A stretch of DNA of 53,837 nt, filler included, from Squatina squatina (Eukaryota): NCBI GenBank assembly GCA_031763465.1. It is 3 parts of 3 records of this genome, joined end to end, with 100 filler letters (N's around TTAATTAATTAA, not from the genome) between each part and the next. Parts side by side here need not be neighbours in the genome. Positions count along the whole stretch, not along the records: positions 23,871 to 40,177 come from JARFOE010470532.1; positions 40,278 to 53,837 come from JARFOE010000219.1; 1 more part is not named here. The stretch is one strand, 5' to 3'. Numbering within the stretch: position 1 is the stretch's first letter; every line of letters starts with the position of its first letter. A model generated the notes under the pieces. The model searched no databases. It worked only from the letters and a program-made list of their open reading frames with translations, and had not been told where the DNA came from. Shown here one piece after another: positions 32,370 through 45,054 of this stretch. The position numbers were made by a program, and so were the translations under genes.

Positions 32370-34680
32370 CAGGACGACAGGAGCAGATGTTTATCCTATC
32401 AATTGTCTCTACTACCTCCTCCTTCAATATGTCTGTGGCAGCATCCTCGTCCTGAGCGAATGCGGATGCAAAGTATTCATTTAGTAAGTCAGCCATACAT
32501 TCTGCCTATACGCATAGGTCTCAATTTTGGTCTCAAATCCGCCGAACCCCTCCTCATCTGAGCGTTTTACTATTTATATTCCTCTTCAAGTCTTTTGGAT
32601 AATTTATTTTGTTGGCTGCCATTCTATTCTCATACCTCTCTTTGTCCTCCTTATTTTCTTTTTGATGTCTCCTCTGTCCTTTCTATATATAGCCCGATAC
32701 TAAAAGGTATTTGCAATCTGACATCTGTATTGCATGTTCTTTTTCGGCTTGATCACATTTTCTTTTTCTTTCAGTACCTCTGACTTTAGTTGCCCAAACC
32801 TTTGCCGTCGTGGGAATGTACTTCGACTGTGCACAACTAATTTCCTCTTTAACGGCATTATATTGCACCACTGCAGTTTTACCTGGCAATCTTTGATTCC
32901 AATTTACCTGGGCCAGATCTGCTCTCATCCCATTGAACTTGGCTATCCCCCAGTTATTGCTCCCTGTCATTTTCCTTAGCTAATGTAAAGCTTATGACAC
33001 TGTCGGCATTGTTCCCTAAATGTTCATCAACTGACACTTGTTCACCTTGACCTACCTCATTCCCTAGAACCAGATCCAGTAAGGCCTCCTCCCTCATCGG
33101 CCGGAAACATATTCATCGAGCAAGTACTCGTAAACACACTTCAGAGATTTGTCCCCCTCTCTGCCCTTTACACTATCACAATCCCAGTCTATATCAGGAT
33201 AGTTCAAGTCTAGTATATTGCTACTCTATATTTTTTGCACCTCTGCAAATTTGCTCCTCCATATTTTTGAACACATTTGGTGTTTTTTTTAGAATAAATC
33301 TTGCATTCAAAGACACTTCTATTATTTCTAACTCCAGCCCTAAAGATTGTCTCCTTGATCCCTCCAGGACATTCTCCCTCACCAGCACTGTAACATTCCC
33401 CTTATCCAAAACTACCACACCACCTCCTATATTCCTTCCCTATCTTTCCTGAACACCTTATAACCAGGAATATTTAACACAGAATCCTGCCCATTTTTGA
33501 TCCAGCTCTCACATTTTACCACAACACCATATTCCCATGTGTTGTCTTTGCCTGCTGCTCACTTATCTTGTTTACCAGGCGTTCACAATCATTCACTGTC
33601 AATTTATCTGAGATAATTCTGTAATCTCTCTTAATTGAGCACCACCTATTCCTTATTTTTCTTACTCTAGTTATCTGTCCCTCTGCCAATCCATTGAACA
33701 CTTTATTCTTCGTTTCGAATGTTACATCCTGGGGCCCATCCTCCTGTCAAATTAGATTAGACCCACCCCAACAGCAGTAATAAACCTGCCCACGAAAATA
33801 TTTGTTCCAGAGCTGTTGAGGTGCAACCCGTTCGGCCTGTAAAGGCCCCACCTCTCCCAGAACCATCGCAATGTCCTCGGAATCTGAAGCCCTCCCTCCT
33901 GCACCATTTCTCCAACCTCATCTTCATCTGCTCTTTCCACCTATTACTTTATTCACTCTCAACAGGAACAAACAGGACATTACTAAATTTGAGTTCCTGC
34001 TTTTTAATTTCTTGCCAAGCTCACTAAAATCTGCCTGCAGGGCCTCCTCCATCTTTCTATCTTATCCCTTGGTAGCAATATGAACCACCACCTCTAGCTG
34101 TTCCCCGTCAGATGATCTGCAGCTGCTCAGTGATGTCCTTAACGCTGACCCCAGGGAGGCAACATTCCATCCTGGAGTTACATCTGTGCCGCAGAACCAC
34201 CAGTCTTTGGCCGTAACTATCGAATACCCACCACCATTGCTCTCCCACTCTTCTTCCTTCCGCCCTGTACAGCTGAGGCACACTTGCTGCTGGACACTTC
34301 ACTCTGGCTGTATTTCCAAGTGAAAGCATGGTCCTCATCAATATTCAGAGCACAATGCTTGTTAGAGTGTAAGATGCACTCAGGGCACTCCTGCACTACC
34401 TGCCTGGCCCTCCTTTTCTCTCTGGAAGTAATCTATACCCTCTCTGCTTGCATACTCCTGAACTGCGGGGTGACCAACTTGTAAAAAGTGCTATCCACAA
34501 AGCTCTCGTGCTCGCCAATGCCCCACAGTGACGCCAGCTGCTGTTAAGCTCCTCCAGCTGACGACGGCATATGTGGTTTTCCAGGACACGGGAAGCGTCC
34601 TGGACTTCCACACGGCACAGGATGTGTATTCCTTAGTACTGTGCTGCCTTGCCGTGCCAATGTTTATTCCACTATAAACT
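32370..34680 (-). mobile_element. Decayed CR1 LINE, 5' half (ORF1 zinc finger and SGNH esterase, ORF2 endonuclease region)
   Basis: Frameshifted remnants: WEVQDASRVLENHIC, RMECCLPGVSVKDITEQLQ, EQLEVVVHIAT, FWERWGLYRPNGLHLNSSGTNIFVGRF and AKFNGMRADLAQVNWNQRL. Confidence 0.82.
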
Positions 34681-34733
34681 AGTTTTACAGAAGCTTATTC
34701 CAAGATCTTTTTAATTCAATTTGTTATTATAAT

Positions 34734-35395
34734 GGCCATGAAATTGCAATGTCCACAAGTGGGAGCTTTGCGATATTTTGCAAAGCTTTCTGCTGGGGTT
34801 CTCTTGAAATGTTTTTTATGCATAATAAAACCGAGCGCATCTGCTTGGTTTTACCTCCGTAAGAAATGGTAAAAATATTTAATTAAAAAAAAAATGAGAC
34901 ATTACTTTAAAACGATTCCCAGTAAGGTAATTATGTTGTTAATCATTTTAAAAGATTTAATTTTAAATTTCAATTTTGTTTGTGTTATTGATCTCCTTCT
35001 TATTTAATTTTAATGTAAAAATAGTTTAAAAATGTTTTGTGATGTGCTTGTGTTGTTTTTCATTTTTATTGAAGTTTTGAAAGTTCTTGACAGATCGCTG
35101 AGAACTGTCAAAACTTCAATAAATGCTACACCTACCTGATTCGCTGGGGCCTCCCATGTGACCTCTCCAGCCTCTTCAGTTTGACTTGCCCAGGAAACTA
35201 GAGAGCCCTGCTCCAAATCTCCAACTCGGGGCGGTGGGGCGGTGGGGCGGTGGCACGGTGGCGCGGTGGGGTGACGGGTGGGGGTGCTGAACATCGCAAA
35301 CTCCCGTGGACACAGGACCCTTTGGTAAGTTCATAAGGGAAATTGCAATCAGAGACACCCACACGCAGGGAGCCTCCCATTGCAATTTGAGGCCC
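34734..35395. mobile_element. Candidate non-autonomous DNA transposon (MITE, PIF/Harbinger-like)
   Basis: Imperfect 18-bp TIRs: GGCCATGAAATTGCAATG versus the reverse complement of the right end, GGGCCTCAAATTGCAATG. AAT flanks both sides. No transposase ORF. Confidence 0.55.
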
Positions 35396-35589
35396 AATAT
35401 GGTATTACAATTACTAATTTATTATACTATTAACAGTTACTGATATAATATTTATATTAACATTTACCAATCTCTAAGTTTCCGTTTTATCTTTGACTAG
35501 CTCTTCAAACTCAGACCCTTGAAGAGCAAAAAATTGTGGTGGGAACTTTGACAACCAGTTCCCAGCTAACCTGTGAAAACATAACAATG

Positions 35590-35965
35590 TTTTCTCTCGC
35601 TGTTGATCCCACTGAAACTTTGGCCTCGATCTCTCTGCTACATTCTTTAAATACTCGGTCTCTGCTCAGTCTGCATCCAGGCCCGGTCTCGCTGCTCTTC
35701 CTGCTGGTACTTTGGCCTCACTCTCTCTCTCTCTGCTGCACTCTTTAGATCTTCGGTCTCCACTAAGTCTCCATCCAGGCCTACGCTCGTTGCTGCTCCT
35801 GCTGAGTCTTTGACCTCACTCTCTCTCTGCTGCACTCTTTAGATCTTCGGTCTCCGCTCAGTCTCCATCCAGGCCCTCTATCGTTGCTGCTCCCGCTGAG
35901 GTTCTGGCAAATCTCTCTCTGTTCTGCTCTTCGAATCCTCGGTCTCCCGCTGCTGCTCCCGGTGA
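35590..35965. repeat. ~95-100 bp pyrimidine-rich tandem repeat, 3-4 copies
   Basis: Recurrent tcggtctc...cagtctccatccaggcc...ctctctctgctgcactctttagatc. Confidence 0.8.
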
Positions 35966-36014
35966 GGCTCAGGTATGTTGTAAATGATAGAATGAATTGC
36001 AAGATAGAATGAAT

Positions 36015-36440
36015 TTCATTTATACAGCTCCTTTCACAACCTCACAACGTCATAATTAGGATTACAGCCAATGATGTACTTTGGAAGTTCTGTAATGTAG
36101 GAAACAAAACAGACTGTTTGCGTAATGGTGGCACAATCATCAAAGTGATAATGACCAGACAATCGGATTTTAGTGGGGTTGGTTGAGGGATGAATATTGG
36201 CCAAAACACCAGGAATAATTCTCCTGATCTCCTTCACAATAATACTGAGTGGTTCTTTCCAGGAAGCTGAAAGGGCAACTGAGGCCTTGGTTTATCGTCT
36301 CGTCTGAAAGACAGCACATTCCACCTGCACAGCTCTCCTTCAGTGCTGCACCGTTATACCAGTATAGATGTTGTGCTCAAGTCTCTGGAATGACAATTGA
36401 TCCCACAACATTCGGAATCAGAGTTGTGACCATGACAACT
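36015..36440 (-). mobile_element. Decayed Deu-domain SINE
   Basis: Reverse complement contains gctgtctttcagacgagacgataaaccaaggcc and ggccaatattcatccctcaaccaac. Confidence 0.65.
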
Positions 36441-36689
36441 AGAGTCTAGTAAATAAGGGAAGATGGGCTCATGTGTAATAGTGATGTAACTTAATAAAAG
36501 AAACAAAGTTTGCGACCTAAACTAGTGGTCAGAACTTGCAGTTGCCTGAAGAATTTCAATGGACTTTTGCACTGAAAGTCCGTGTCAGCCAAATATACAA
36601 AAAAAGTGCGACACCGCCTATAGAGCCTCGGACCACTGCATGATCAGGGCAAATAACTCTCATTCTCATCAGCCAATCGTATTGAAGAT

Positions 36690-36935
36690 TCATCACAACA
36701 ACAACATGAATTCATGCAGTGCTTATAACGTAGTAGGACGTTGCAATGTACTTCAGAAGAACGATACCGAACACAATTTGACAAATAATCAGATATCAGG
36801 ACAGGCCACCAAATGGTTGTTGAAGAGGTCGATTTCAAAGAGCGTCTTCAGAAGTAGACAGAGGTAGCCAGAGAGATCAGCTTCGTGAGGGTATTCTGGA
36901 ACTTAGGGCCCAGTCAGCTGATGGCACGGATGCCA
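36690..36935 (-). mobile_element. Decayed L2 3' end
   Basis: Reverse complement ccgtgccatcagctgactgggccctaagttccagaat parallels positions 35-75 of the window. Confidence 0.5.
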
Positions 36936-39900
36936 ATGGGCTCACTGACCCAGCTCCACAACACACTGGCACAGACCCATAATGACATCCCACTGATCTA
37001 GCCCCATAGCTCACTGACCCAGCCCCACATCTCACTGACACAGCATCACACCACACAAGCCCAGTCTCACAACCACACCCTGCAGACCCAACCCACAGCA
37101 CATTGTCCAAGTCCCCATCCTATTACCTCGACACAAACAAAACTGACCGATCAATGCAGCCATTTATCCCAGCCCCACAACCAACTGACCGAGCCTCACA
37201 TCCCACAGACCCAACCCGCACCTCGCTGACCCAGCCCCAAACTCCACTGATCCAGGCACAAACCACACTGACCCAGCCCCACACCACACTGAACCAGCCC
37301 CACACCCAACTTAACCAGCCCCACACCACACTGACCCAGCCCCACACCACACAGACCCAGCCCCACACCACACAGACCTAGCCTCACAACCCACTGACAC
37401 CAAATCTCCACTGACGCTGTTGTGCACTAAACCCTCCCAACACTGAGACCCCTATGACGCAATCTTACACCAACAGCCCACATACCCCACCCTGCACCGA
37501 CACCACACAGAACCAGTCTAGACAGACAGCCAACTGATCCAGTCCCACATCCCATAGACTCAGGGGCACACCTCACTGATCAAGCCCCACAGCCTACTAA
37601 CCCAGCCCTACACAGATACTGACCCAGCCCCGCATCCCACTGATCCAGGCACACATCGACTCTCCAATAATCCCACTCTGCACCGACATTAAACAGAAAC
37701 TGATGACGCCTTCCGACACTGACAGCCCACATACTCCACCCTGCACCGATATTGCACTGAACCAGTCTAGACAGACACCCAACTGATCCAGCGCCAACAC
37801 CCCATAGTCTCAGGGCTGCACCCCAGTGACCCAGCCCCTACACCCGACTGACCCAGCCCCACACCCGACTGACCAAGCCCCACACCCCACTGACCCAGCC
37901 ACACACCCGACTGACCCAGCCCCACACCCGACTGACCCAGCCCCACACCCGACTGACCGAGCCCCACACCCGACTGACCCAGCCCCACACCCGACTGACC
38001 CAGCCACACACCCGACTGACTCAGCCACACACCCGACTGACCCAGCCCCAAACCCCACTGACCCAGCCCCACAACCCACTGACCCAGCCCCACACCCGAC
38101 TGATCCAGGCCCCACTCCCCACTGATCCAGCCCTTCATCGACGCTCCGATAATCCCCGACCTGCACAAACACCCAATAGAACCCAACCTACACAGAAACG
38201 CAACTGGCACTGTCCAACACCCCAAAGAGCCAGCCGCACAATCCACTGACCGTTTCCTACATAGAGCCCACATTGCCACACGTCTTCACAGCGAACCCCT
38301 TAACCACCCCACAGCCAAACACTCAGCCCCACGTCCGAGTGCCCAATCCCCAATACCCAGAAGCTCAGACCCACACAGACATCCCACTGACCTAGCGCCG
38401 TACCCTGTTGACCCAGCCATATGCCCATTGACCCACTTCCGAGCCCCACTGGCTCGACTCCACCTTCCACTGATCCAGCCCCACACCCCACTGATACAGC
38501 TCACTCAATAATGACACAGTCCGAAACCGACACCCCACTGTCACAACACTTCACAACGACGCCGGTACCCATCCTGACAGCAATGACTCTGTCCCACATT
38601 GCACTGACGCAGCCCCACGCCCCAATTATCGAGCCCCACAGCCCACTGAGCTACCCCACAACCCAAAGGCACATAACCACACTGATATCCCACTAACATT
38701 GCCCCATATCCCAGAGTCCCAGCCTCACACCCCACTGACCCAACCCCACACCCCACTTACCCAGCTTCACACACACAACACTGACACAGCCCCCCAAATC
38801 ACTAACCCAGCGTCCCACGCACATCACACTCAGACAGCCCATCACACCACTGACCGAGCTATTCACAGACACCCCACTAAACCAGCCTCACAACCCACTG
38901 ACACAGGCCCACATACATGTCCCACTGCGACAGGTTTTGCAGAATCCACCTTACACAGCCGCACACCCAACGACCCACCCCCAACTTCCATTGACCAAGC
39001 ACTGCATCCCACTTAGCCGTCCCCTGTTCCAGCCACAAAACACACTGGCACCGATCCACATTGGCACTGACCCATACTGACACTTCACTGACCTAGCCCC
39101 ACATACCACTGACCCAGACCTACGTCCACATCACTCTTGCACAGCCCCTCACCCCACTAACCCAGCTCTTCACTGAAACCCTACTGACACAGCTCCATAC
39201 CCCAGTGAACCACAACTCTCAGCCCACTGACACAGCATCACACCACACAAACCTCGCCTCGCATCCACACCCTACTGAACCAGCCCCATAGCACATTGTC
39301 CCAGCCCTCACCCCAACACTCAGACCCACTGACCGATCACCGCAGCCATTTATTGCAGCCCCACAAGCAACCGACCTAGTCCCTGATGCCACTGACCAAA
39401 TCTCACATCCATCACACTCAACCCGCACTTAACTGACCCAGCCGCAAACCTGCTTAACCAGCCCCAATCTCCACTGAGCCAGGCCAAAACCGCACTGGCC
39501 CAGCCCCACACCACACAGATTTAGCCTCGTAACCCACTGACCCAGGCCCACAAACCACAGACCCAGACACACAACCCACTGATACAGCCTCATACCACAC
39601 AGGCACGGTGCCACACCCCACTGACCCTGCCCCACAGCACACTGTCATAGCCTCCACCCCATTGACTAAGCACCACTCAACACTGAGCCAGCCGCGCACC
39701 GCATATCCAAGCACCACAACCCACAGACCTAGCCACATACCTCAATGACTTAGCCGCGTACACCACAGAATCCCCCCACCCTGACCCAACCCCAACCCGA
39801 CTGCTGCAGCCCCACACCACACTGACCCAAACACATACCACACTGACCTAACCTCGCACCACAATGACCCAACCCCACACCCCACTGACACAGCCCCACA

Positions 39901-40177
39901 CCACACTGAGCCAGCCCTGCATCACACTGACCCAGCCCCAGACACCCACACCCCACAGACTAAGCCCTGCATAGCACTGACACAGCCCCACATCACACTG
40001 ACCCAGCCCCACATCACACTGACCCAGCCCCGTACCACAATGACCCAACCCCACACCCCACTGACACAGCCCCACACCACACTGAGCCAGCCCTGCATCC
40101 CACTGACCCAGCCCCAGACACCCACACCCCACAGACTAAGCCCTGCATAGCACTGACACAGCCCCACATCACACTGA
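36936..40177. repeat. C/A-rich minisatellite, 21-bp unit CTGACCCAGCCCCACACCC(G/C)A
   Basis: Near-perfect core at ~37825-38130 with degenerate flanks. The 21-nt period produces heptapeptide ORFs (PHPTDPA, TLTQPHT, GAGSVGC). Confidence 0.95.
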
Positions 40178-40277
40178 NNNNNNNNNNNNNNNNNNNNNNN
40201 NNNNNNNNNNNNNNNNNNNNNTTAATTAATTAANNNNNNNNNNNNNNNNNNNNNNNNNNNNNNNNNNNNNNNNNNNN
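40178..40277. other. Artificial scaffold-concatenation linker N44-TTAATTAATTAA-N44
   Basis: Identical to 23771-23870. Confidence 0.97.
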
Positions 40278-42220
40278 AGCTACTTGAGTAAGCTGTAACT
40301 GGCAAAAGTGAGTTTTCCAAGGAGTTCAGCACTTTTATGGAGGCATTGAGGATGGAGAAAGCCCAGCTGGAGACTGAATTGAACCAGGCTGAGAAGCGGG
40401 TGACTGAAGAGGCGAAAAAGTATGAGCACACCATCAAGGAGATAACAAAAGCTCGAAATTTAGATGCGACAGCTTTGCAGAAAGAACATAACCGTTTGAT
40501 CAAGTTGAACCAGGAGAAGGATTTTGAGACTGAAGAGCTCAAACGTAATGTACAACAGTTGGAAGCTGACCACAAAGAGACCAGAGAAATGCTGAAATCA
40601 AGCTTGGAGGGACAGCAGCAGTTGACTGATCTTTTGAACGAAAAGGAGCTATTTGTAGAAACACTTAAGAAAAGAAGTTCAGAATTGCAGCAAGAAATTG
40701 AAAAGAATGTAAAGGTTTTTAGAGAATGTGAGTCCTTGAAGCAAAACCTTGAAGAGAAAGACCGGCAATTAAGCACAATGAAGGAAGAAAATAACCACCT
40801 CAAGGAAGAAATGGATCGCCTCAGGGACCAACAAAGCAGGCCTCAGCCTATTGTTGAGCCGAAGACCCTTGATATAATAATAGAGCTTGAGACAGAGATA
40901 ACTGAGCTGAACAACAAAAGGAACAGCCTTGAAGAGGAAATAAGGCTTCAGAAAAAGACTGTTGAGGAGCAAAATCAAAATATTTTACAGCTTCAACGTT
41001 CTGTACAAGAACAAGGGAAAGAAAGGGATGAAGCAAAAACCCAGTGTGAAGAAATTACTTCAATGTATGAAAAATTAATTTCAGAGAAAGATAAAGAAAT
41101 TCGCACCCTTCAGGAATCCATTGATCAACTGAAAACCCAGTATCAGCAGGACCTCCAGGTCGCTCCTACGGACGCTCCAGTCATTCTCCAAGAGACTAAA
41201 GTACAAACAGTGAATGGAGAAAATGGAAATGAAAAACATGATTTGTCCAAAGTGGAGATTGACAGATTGGTTAATGGTATAAAAGAAAAAGAAATGGAGA
41301 TAAAGGTATTAAATGAAAAGAATTTGACTCTGATTAAGCAGTTAGATCAGTTAACCATTTTTAAAGATGAAGTGGGTANNNNNNNNNNNNNNNNNNNNNN
41401 NNNNNNNNNNNNNNNNNNNNNNNNNCATGCGAGGGTGACATCTGGCTCATATATGCAGGTTGGTGCAGATGTGGCATACTTGCAGCAGCAATTGCAGGCT
41501 TATGCCATGGAGAGAGAGCAAGTGCTAGCAGTATTAAATGAAAAGACGAGGGAGAACAGCCAGCTGAAAACTGAATATCACAGAATGATGGACATTATAG
41601 CTGCAAAGGAAGCTGCTCTTCTGAAACTCCAAGAAGAAAATCAGAAAAGGGTGAACAAGTATGAGAATGAAAGTCAAGACATGATACGAGAAACTATCCA
41701 GAATCTGTCTAGGATTATCCGTGAGAAGGACATGGAGATAGATGCCCTTACCCAGAAGTGCCAAACGCTGGTAACTGTCCTGCAGACATCTGGAATGGGG
41801 TCCAGTGGCGAGTCAGGTTTGGTGAGTAGTAATCAGTTTGAAGAGCTTCTGCAAGACCGTGACAAACTAAAACAACAAGTAAAGAAGATGGAGGAGTGGA
41901 AGCAACAGGTGATCACCACTGTCCAGAACATGCAGCATGAATCTGCTCAGCTTCAGGATGAGCTCCTAAAGCTTCAGGGCCGATTGTCCACGGACGGCGA
42001 TTGCAACTCTCGGCTTCAGATAGACTACAACAGTTTAATTCATAGCTATGAGCAAAAAGAGAAGAGGTTGCAAACCCTAAGTCAAGAACTAGCAGAGGTC
42101 CAACAAAGCATTGGGCAGCTCAGCAGCACCAAGAACCTTATACTCGACAAGTTGGATGGAGTACCCCCAGAACCACAAGTGGCAGCAACAGCCACAGGAG
42201 TCTTGCACAGGCCAGTTTCT
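40278..42220 (+). CDS. TRIP11: TRIP11/GMAP-210 golgin, large coiled-coil exon (partial, bounded by gaps)
   Basis: About 630 aa of coiled coil with TRIP11 motifs [66 protein letters not shown] and [27 protein letters not shown]. The ORF-track extension past the gap (42321-42400) is not TRIP11. Confidence 0.95.
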
Positions 42221-42699
42221 NNNNNNNNNNNNNNNNNNNNNNNNNNNNNNNNNNNNNNNNNNNNNNNNNNNNNNNNNNNNNNNNNNNNNNNNNNNNNNNN
42301 NNNNNNNNNNNNNNNNNNNNAAGACTGCAGTGTAGAGGAGTTCACAAATGGACAAGCTGCAGTCCCAGAGGAGTCCACACGTGGACAGGTTAAACTATGA
42401 TTAGCCACAGCCCAGGAGATTCAACGCAGCAGTGCAGTGCCAGTTTTAGAAGTGGGTGTGCTGTATCTCATGGATGAGTATTTCCATCGAGGGGGTTGGA
42501 TCTGAGAGGACACTCCCCCAGAAAATTAAAATTTTTTACACTGTATTTGATGCATTTGCCAGCATTTGAGTTCACTTTTTCTTATATATAGTTAAATAGT
42601 TTGTGATCTGTATATTACTTCATGACATTTAAAAAGGGACTATAATATTCAAATGCACAAAATATGCTCCCCTGATGTCTCAGTAGATTTATCCTGTAT

Positions 42700-42835
42700 G
42701 TATGTGAGCCATACAGACCAGGAAGGATATATAGGGATGGCAGTGCATACGGCATGTTGTGACTGCAGCATTTGGGACTGCATCGCAATCCTGGACGACC
42801 ACGTCTGCAGGAATATCTGCATCTCCTATAAACTG
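42700..42835 (+). mobile_element. Remnant of CR1 ORF1 N-terminal zinc finger
   Basis: [28 protein letters not shown] resembles the CxxCxxW...DDHVCRKC motif. Confidence 0.5.
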
Positions 42836-42859
42836 AAACTTATCCTTATTCTTTTTCAT

Positions 42860-43063
42860 TCATTTTTGGAAATGGATGTTCGTAAAGTTCAAGAGGAGAA
42901 TGACCAAATTATAATGAACGCAAGAGAAAAGGAAACTGAATTTCGAGCCCTGCAGGAGACCAATATGCAGTTCTCTATGATGTTGAGAGAAAGGGAGTTT
43001 GAATCGAACTCCATGAGAGAAAAGGCTTCTGCATTGGAAAAACTGCTCAAGGAGAAAGAAGAG
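42860..43063 (+). CDS. TRIP11: TRIP11, 3' end of large exon (5' boundary uncertain)
   Basis: Translates [16 protein letters not shown]...[45 protein letters not shown], ending at donor gttagt. Confidence 0.9.
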
Positions 43064-43974
43064 GTTAGTTCAAAAATTTAATGGATTTTTTGCGGTGTCA
43101 ATTGAGCAGGTTTAAGAAGGAGTTTGCAGTATGAAGTAATGCTGAGTACAAATATATTAAAACATTTCTATGCTTCTTGTATGATTCTAGTTTTGGTCAA
43201 AATTGTTAGCACATGATTATTGTAACCAATTACCAATTAAATAACTTGGTTTGTATTGTGGCTTAATTTTTATTTTCAGTGAGGCAAATGCACCCAGTGT
43301 ATAGAGCAGTTAGCACACAAACTTAGAAACCTGCTGGGTAACTTCCCATTCAGCTTTTCTTGTTTGGCCAAAACTTTGGATCTTCAAATTCTTACTAATG
43401 TTAACTATTGCTTTTCTACATTAGAATAACAATTATTTCCATTCAGTCTTGGGGTAGGCGGGGAGGCAGGGCTGGGGAGTCACATGAGCTGTGTGGAAAT
43501 CATTACACTTTTGACAGCCCTATTCTCCAATTGATTTCTTATTGCATTATACCTACTTGACTTAAATCACCAAATTATGAATTATGTTGACTCATTCCTT
43601 GATGTGTAAGATATCTCTCTAATGACATGTGTTACATAAGNNNNNNNNNNNNNNNNNNNNNNNNNNNNNNNNNNNNNNNNNNNNNNNNNNNNNNNNNNNN
43701 NNNNNNNNNNNNNNNNNNNNNNNNNNNNNNNNNNNNNNNNTATTAAGCGGTGTTTTTGCCTCTAAAGGTTATTGTAAAATAACCAGTCATTAGTTGTGAT
43801 TTTTCTTGCTGTCTGCTGTGACAGCTCACTGTCGCTCTTTAATTTTCATTTGATAGTAAGCACTCTATCTTTGATCCTATTATCAAGGTAGTAAATTCCA
43901 GGTTACTTGAGTAGGCAGATATTGCTCACTTTTTGTATGCTTTATTTTCTGTGCCAATTTGTGTGCCTGTGCAG

Positions 43975-44078
43975 AGGAGAAAGCGATGTATGCAACTGAA
44001 TTGGAGAAATATCAGAAGGACGTTGCAGAGTGGAAGAAGAAAGCATTAAGTCTTGAGAGAACAGTCACAGAATTAGAG
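43975..44078 (+). CDS. TRIP11: TRIP11 internal exon
   Basis: cag|...|gtaagg, 104 nt. Translates EKAMYATELEKYQKDVAEWKKKALSLERTVTELE. Confidence 0.92.
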
Positions 44079-44995
44079 GTAAGGAGAAAATTTGCCATCT
44101 TATATTTTTTCCAACCAGGTGTAAGTATAACAATAGATTATGCAGTGGATAATCTGTAATTCACTACAAAGAATAATCTGCTATTCAGTGAGCTCCTATA
44201 TCAGTGATACCCTGTGGGGTCCTGTATTACAGCCATGCATACTGAGTCACGGTTATTTTTCTTTGCATTTAATTAACTAGGTGTTTGTTAGTAATTATCT
44301 TCGCCCTGGAATCAGTTCATGAACATACACTAAGTCATCTGAACCCCTTGATTGGATTAGTGCTCTGTAATCCATTGCAAAGCATCTTCTCTATCCTTGG
44401 TTTTGACTTTAGTGTCATTGATTTTTTTTTAAATGCAAGTGTTTGTTTTGGTGGCTGAAATTCTGCTGAGAGTACATTGAGCTCAATACTGGTAAAAGTA
44501 GTTTTAACCAGCTGTCAATAATCGTAATGTGCTAATTACACTTTCCTGTGAAATCAAAGTTGATCATTCCAAGGATGCATTAAGCTTTTCTGTTGGATGT
44601 TTTTGAGTGGGCTAGCCAATGAGAAACTAGGTTTTAAGAACATAACATAATAGGAACGGGAGTAGGCCATTCCGCCCTTCGAGCCTGCTCTGCCATTCAA
44701 TAAGATCATGGTTGATCTTCTACCTCAACTCCATTGTCCTGCGCGATCCCCATATCCCTTGGNNNNNNNNNNNNNNNNNNNNNNNNNNNNNNNNNNNNNN
44801 NNNNNNNNNNNNNNNNNNNNNNNNNNNNNNNNNNNNNNNNNNNNNNNNNNNNNNNNNNNNNNTCTGCAGTATGCGCAAAGTCTCCCAAGCACTATTTACA
44901 TGTTGTAAATGTGCTGCTTTCACTTAGACAAGCTAAGCCTACAAAGGTTGCAAGAATGCTGGCCCACAATCCACTTGGGGAAGGATTGGCCCAAG

Positions 44996-45054
44996 ATGGA
45001 GAATACTTCCCACTTTCCAAACAAAATAACTCCTACTTGTACGAAGCACGCGAG
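44996..45054 (+). CDS. Candidate first coding exon (possibly FBLN5 by position)
   Basis: caagATGG Kozak context, MENTSHFPNKITPTCTKHA plus AG|gtgagc (phase 2). Lies between TRIP11 and TC2N. No sequence homology recognised. Confidence 0.25.

Noticed and set aside
37825-38130. Immunoglobulin switch-region-like repeat (GGGGT/GGGCT pentamers)
   Set aside because: The core unit lacks AGCT hotspots and no Ig exons are present on the scaffold.
36936-40177. Heptapeptide-repeat ORFs (PHPTDPA, GAGSVGC, LGQSGVG) as mucin-, silk- or antifreeze-like proteins
   Set aside because: They are open in several frames on both strands simply because the unit is 21 bp. There are frequent frame breaks and no signal peptide or splice structure.
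42321-42400. C-terminus DCSVEEFTNGQ... of the 687-aa ORF
   Set aside because: Read-through across an unsized 100-N gap into unrelated sequence.
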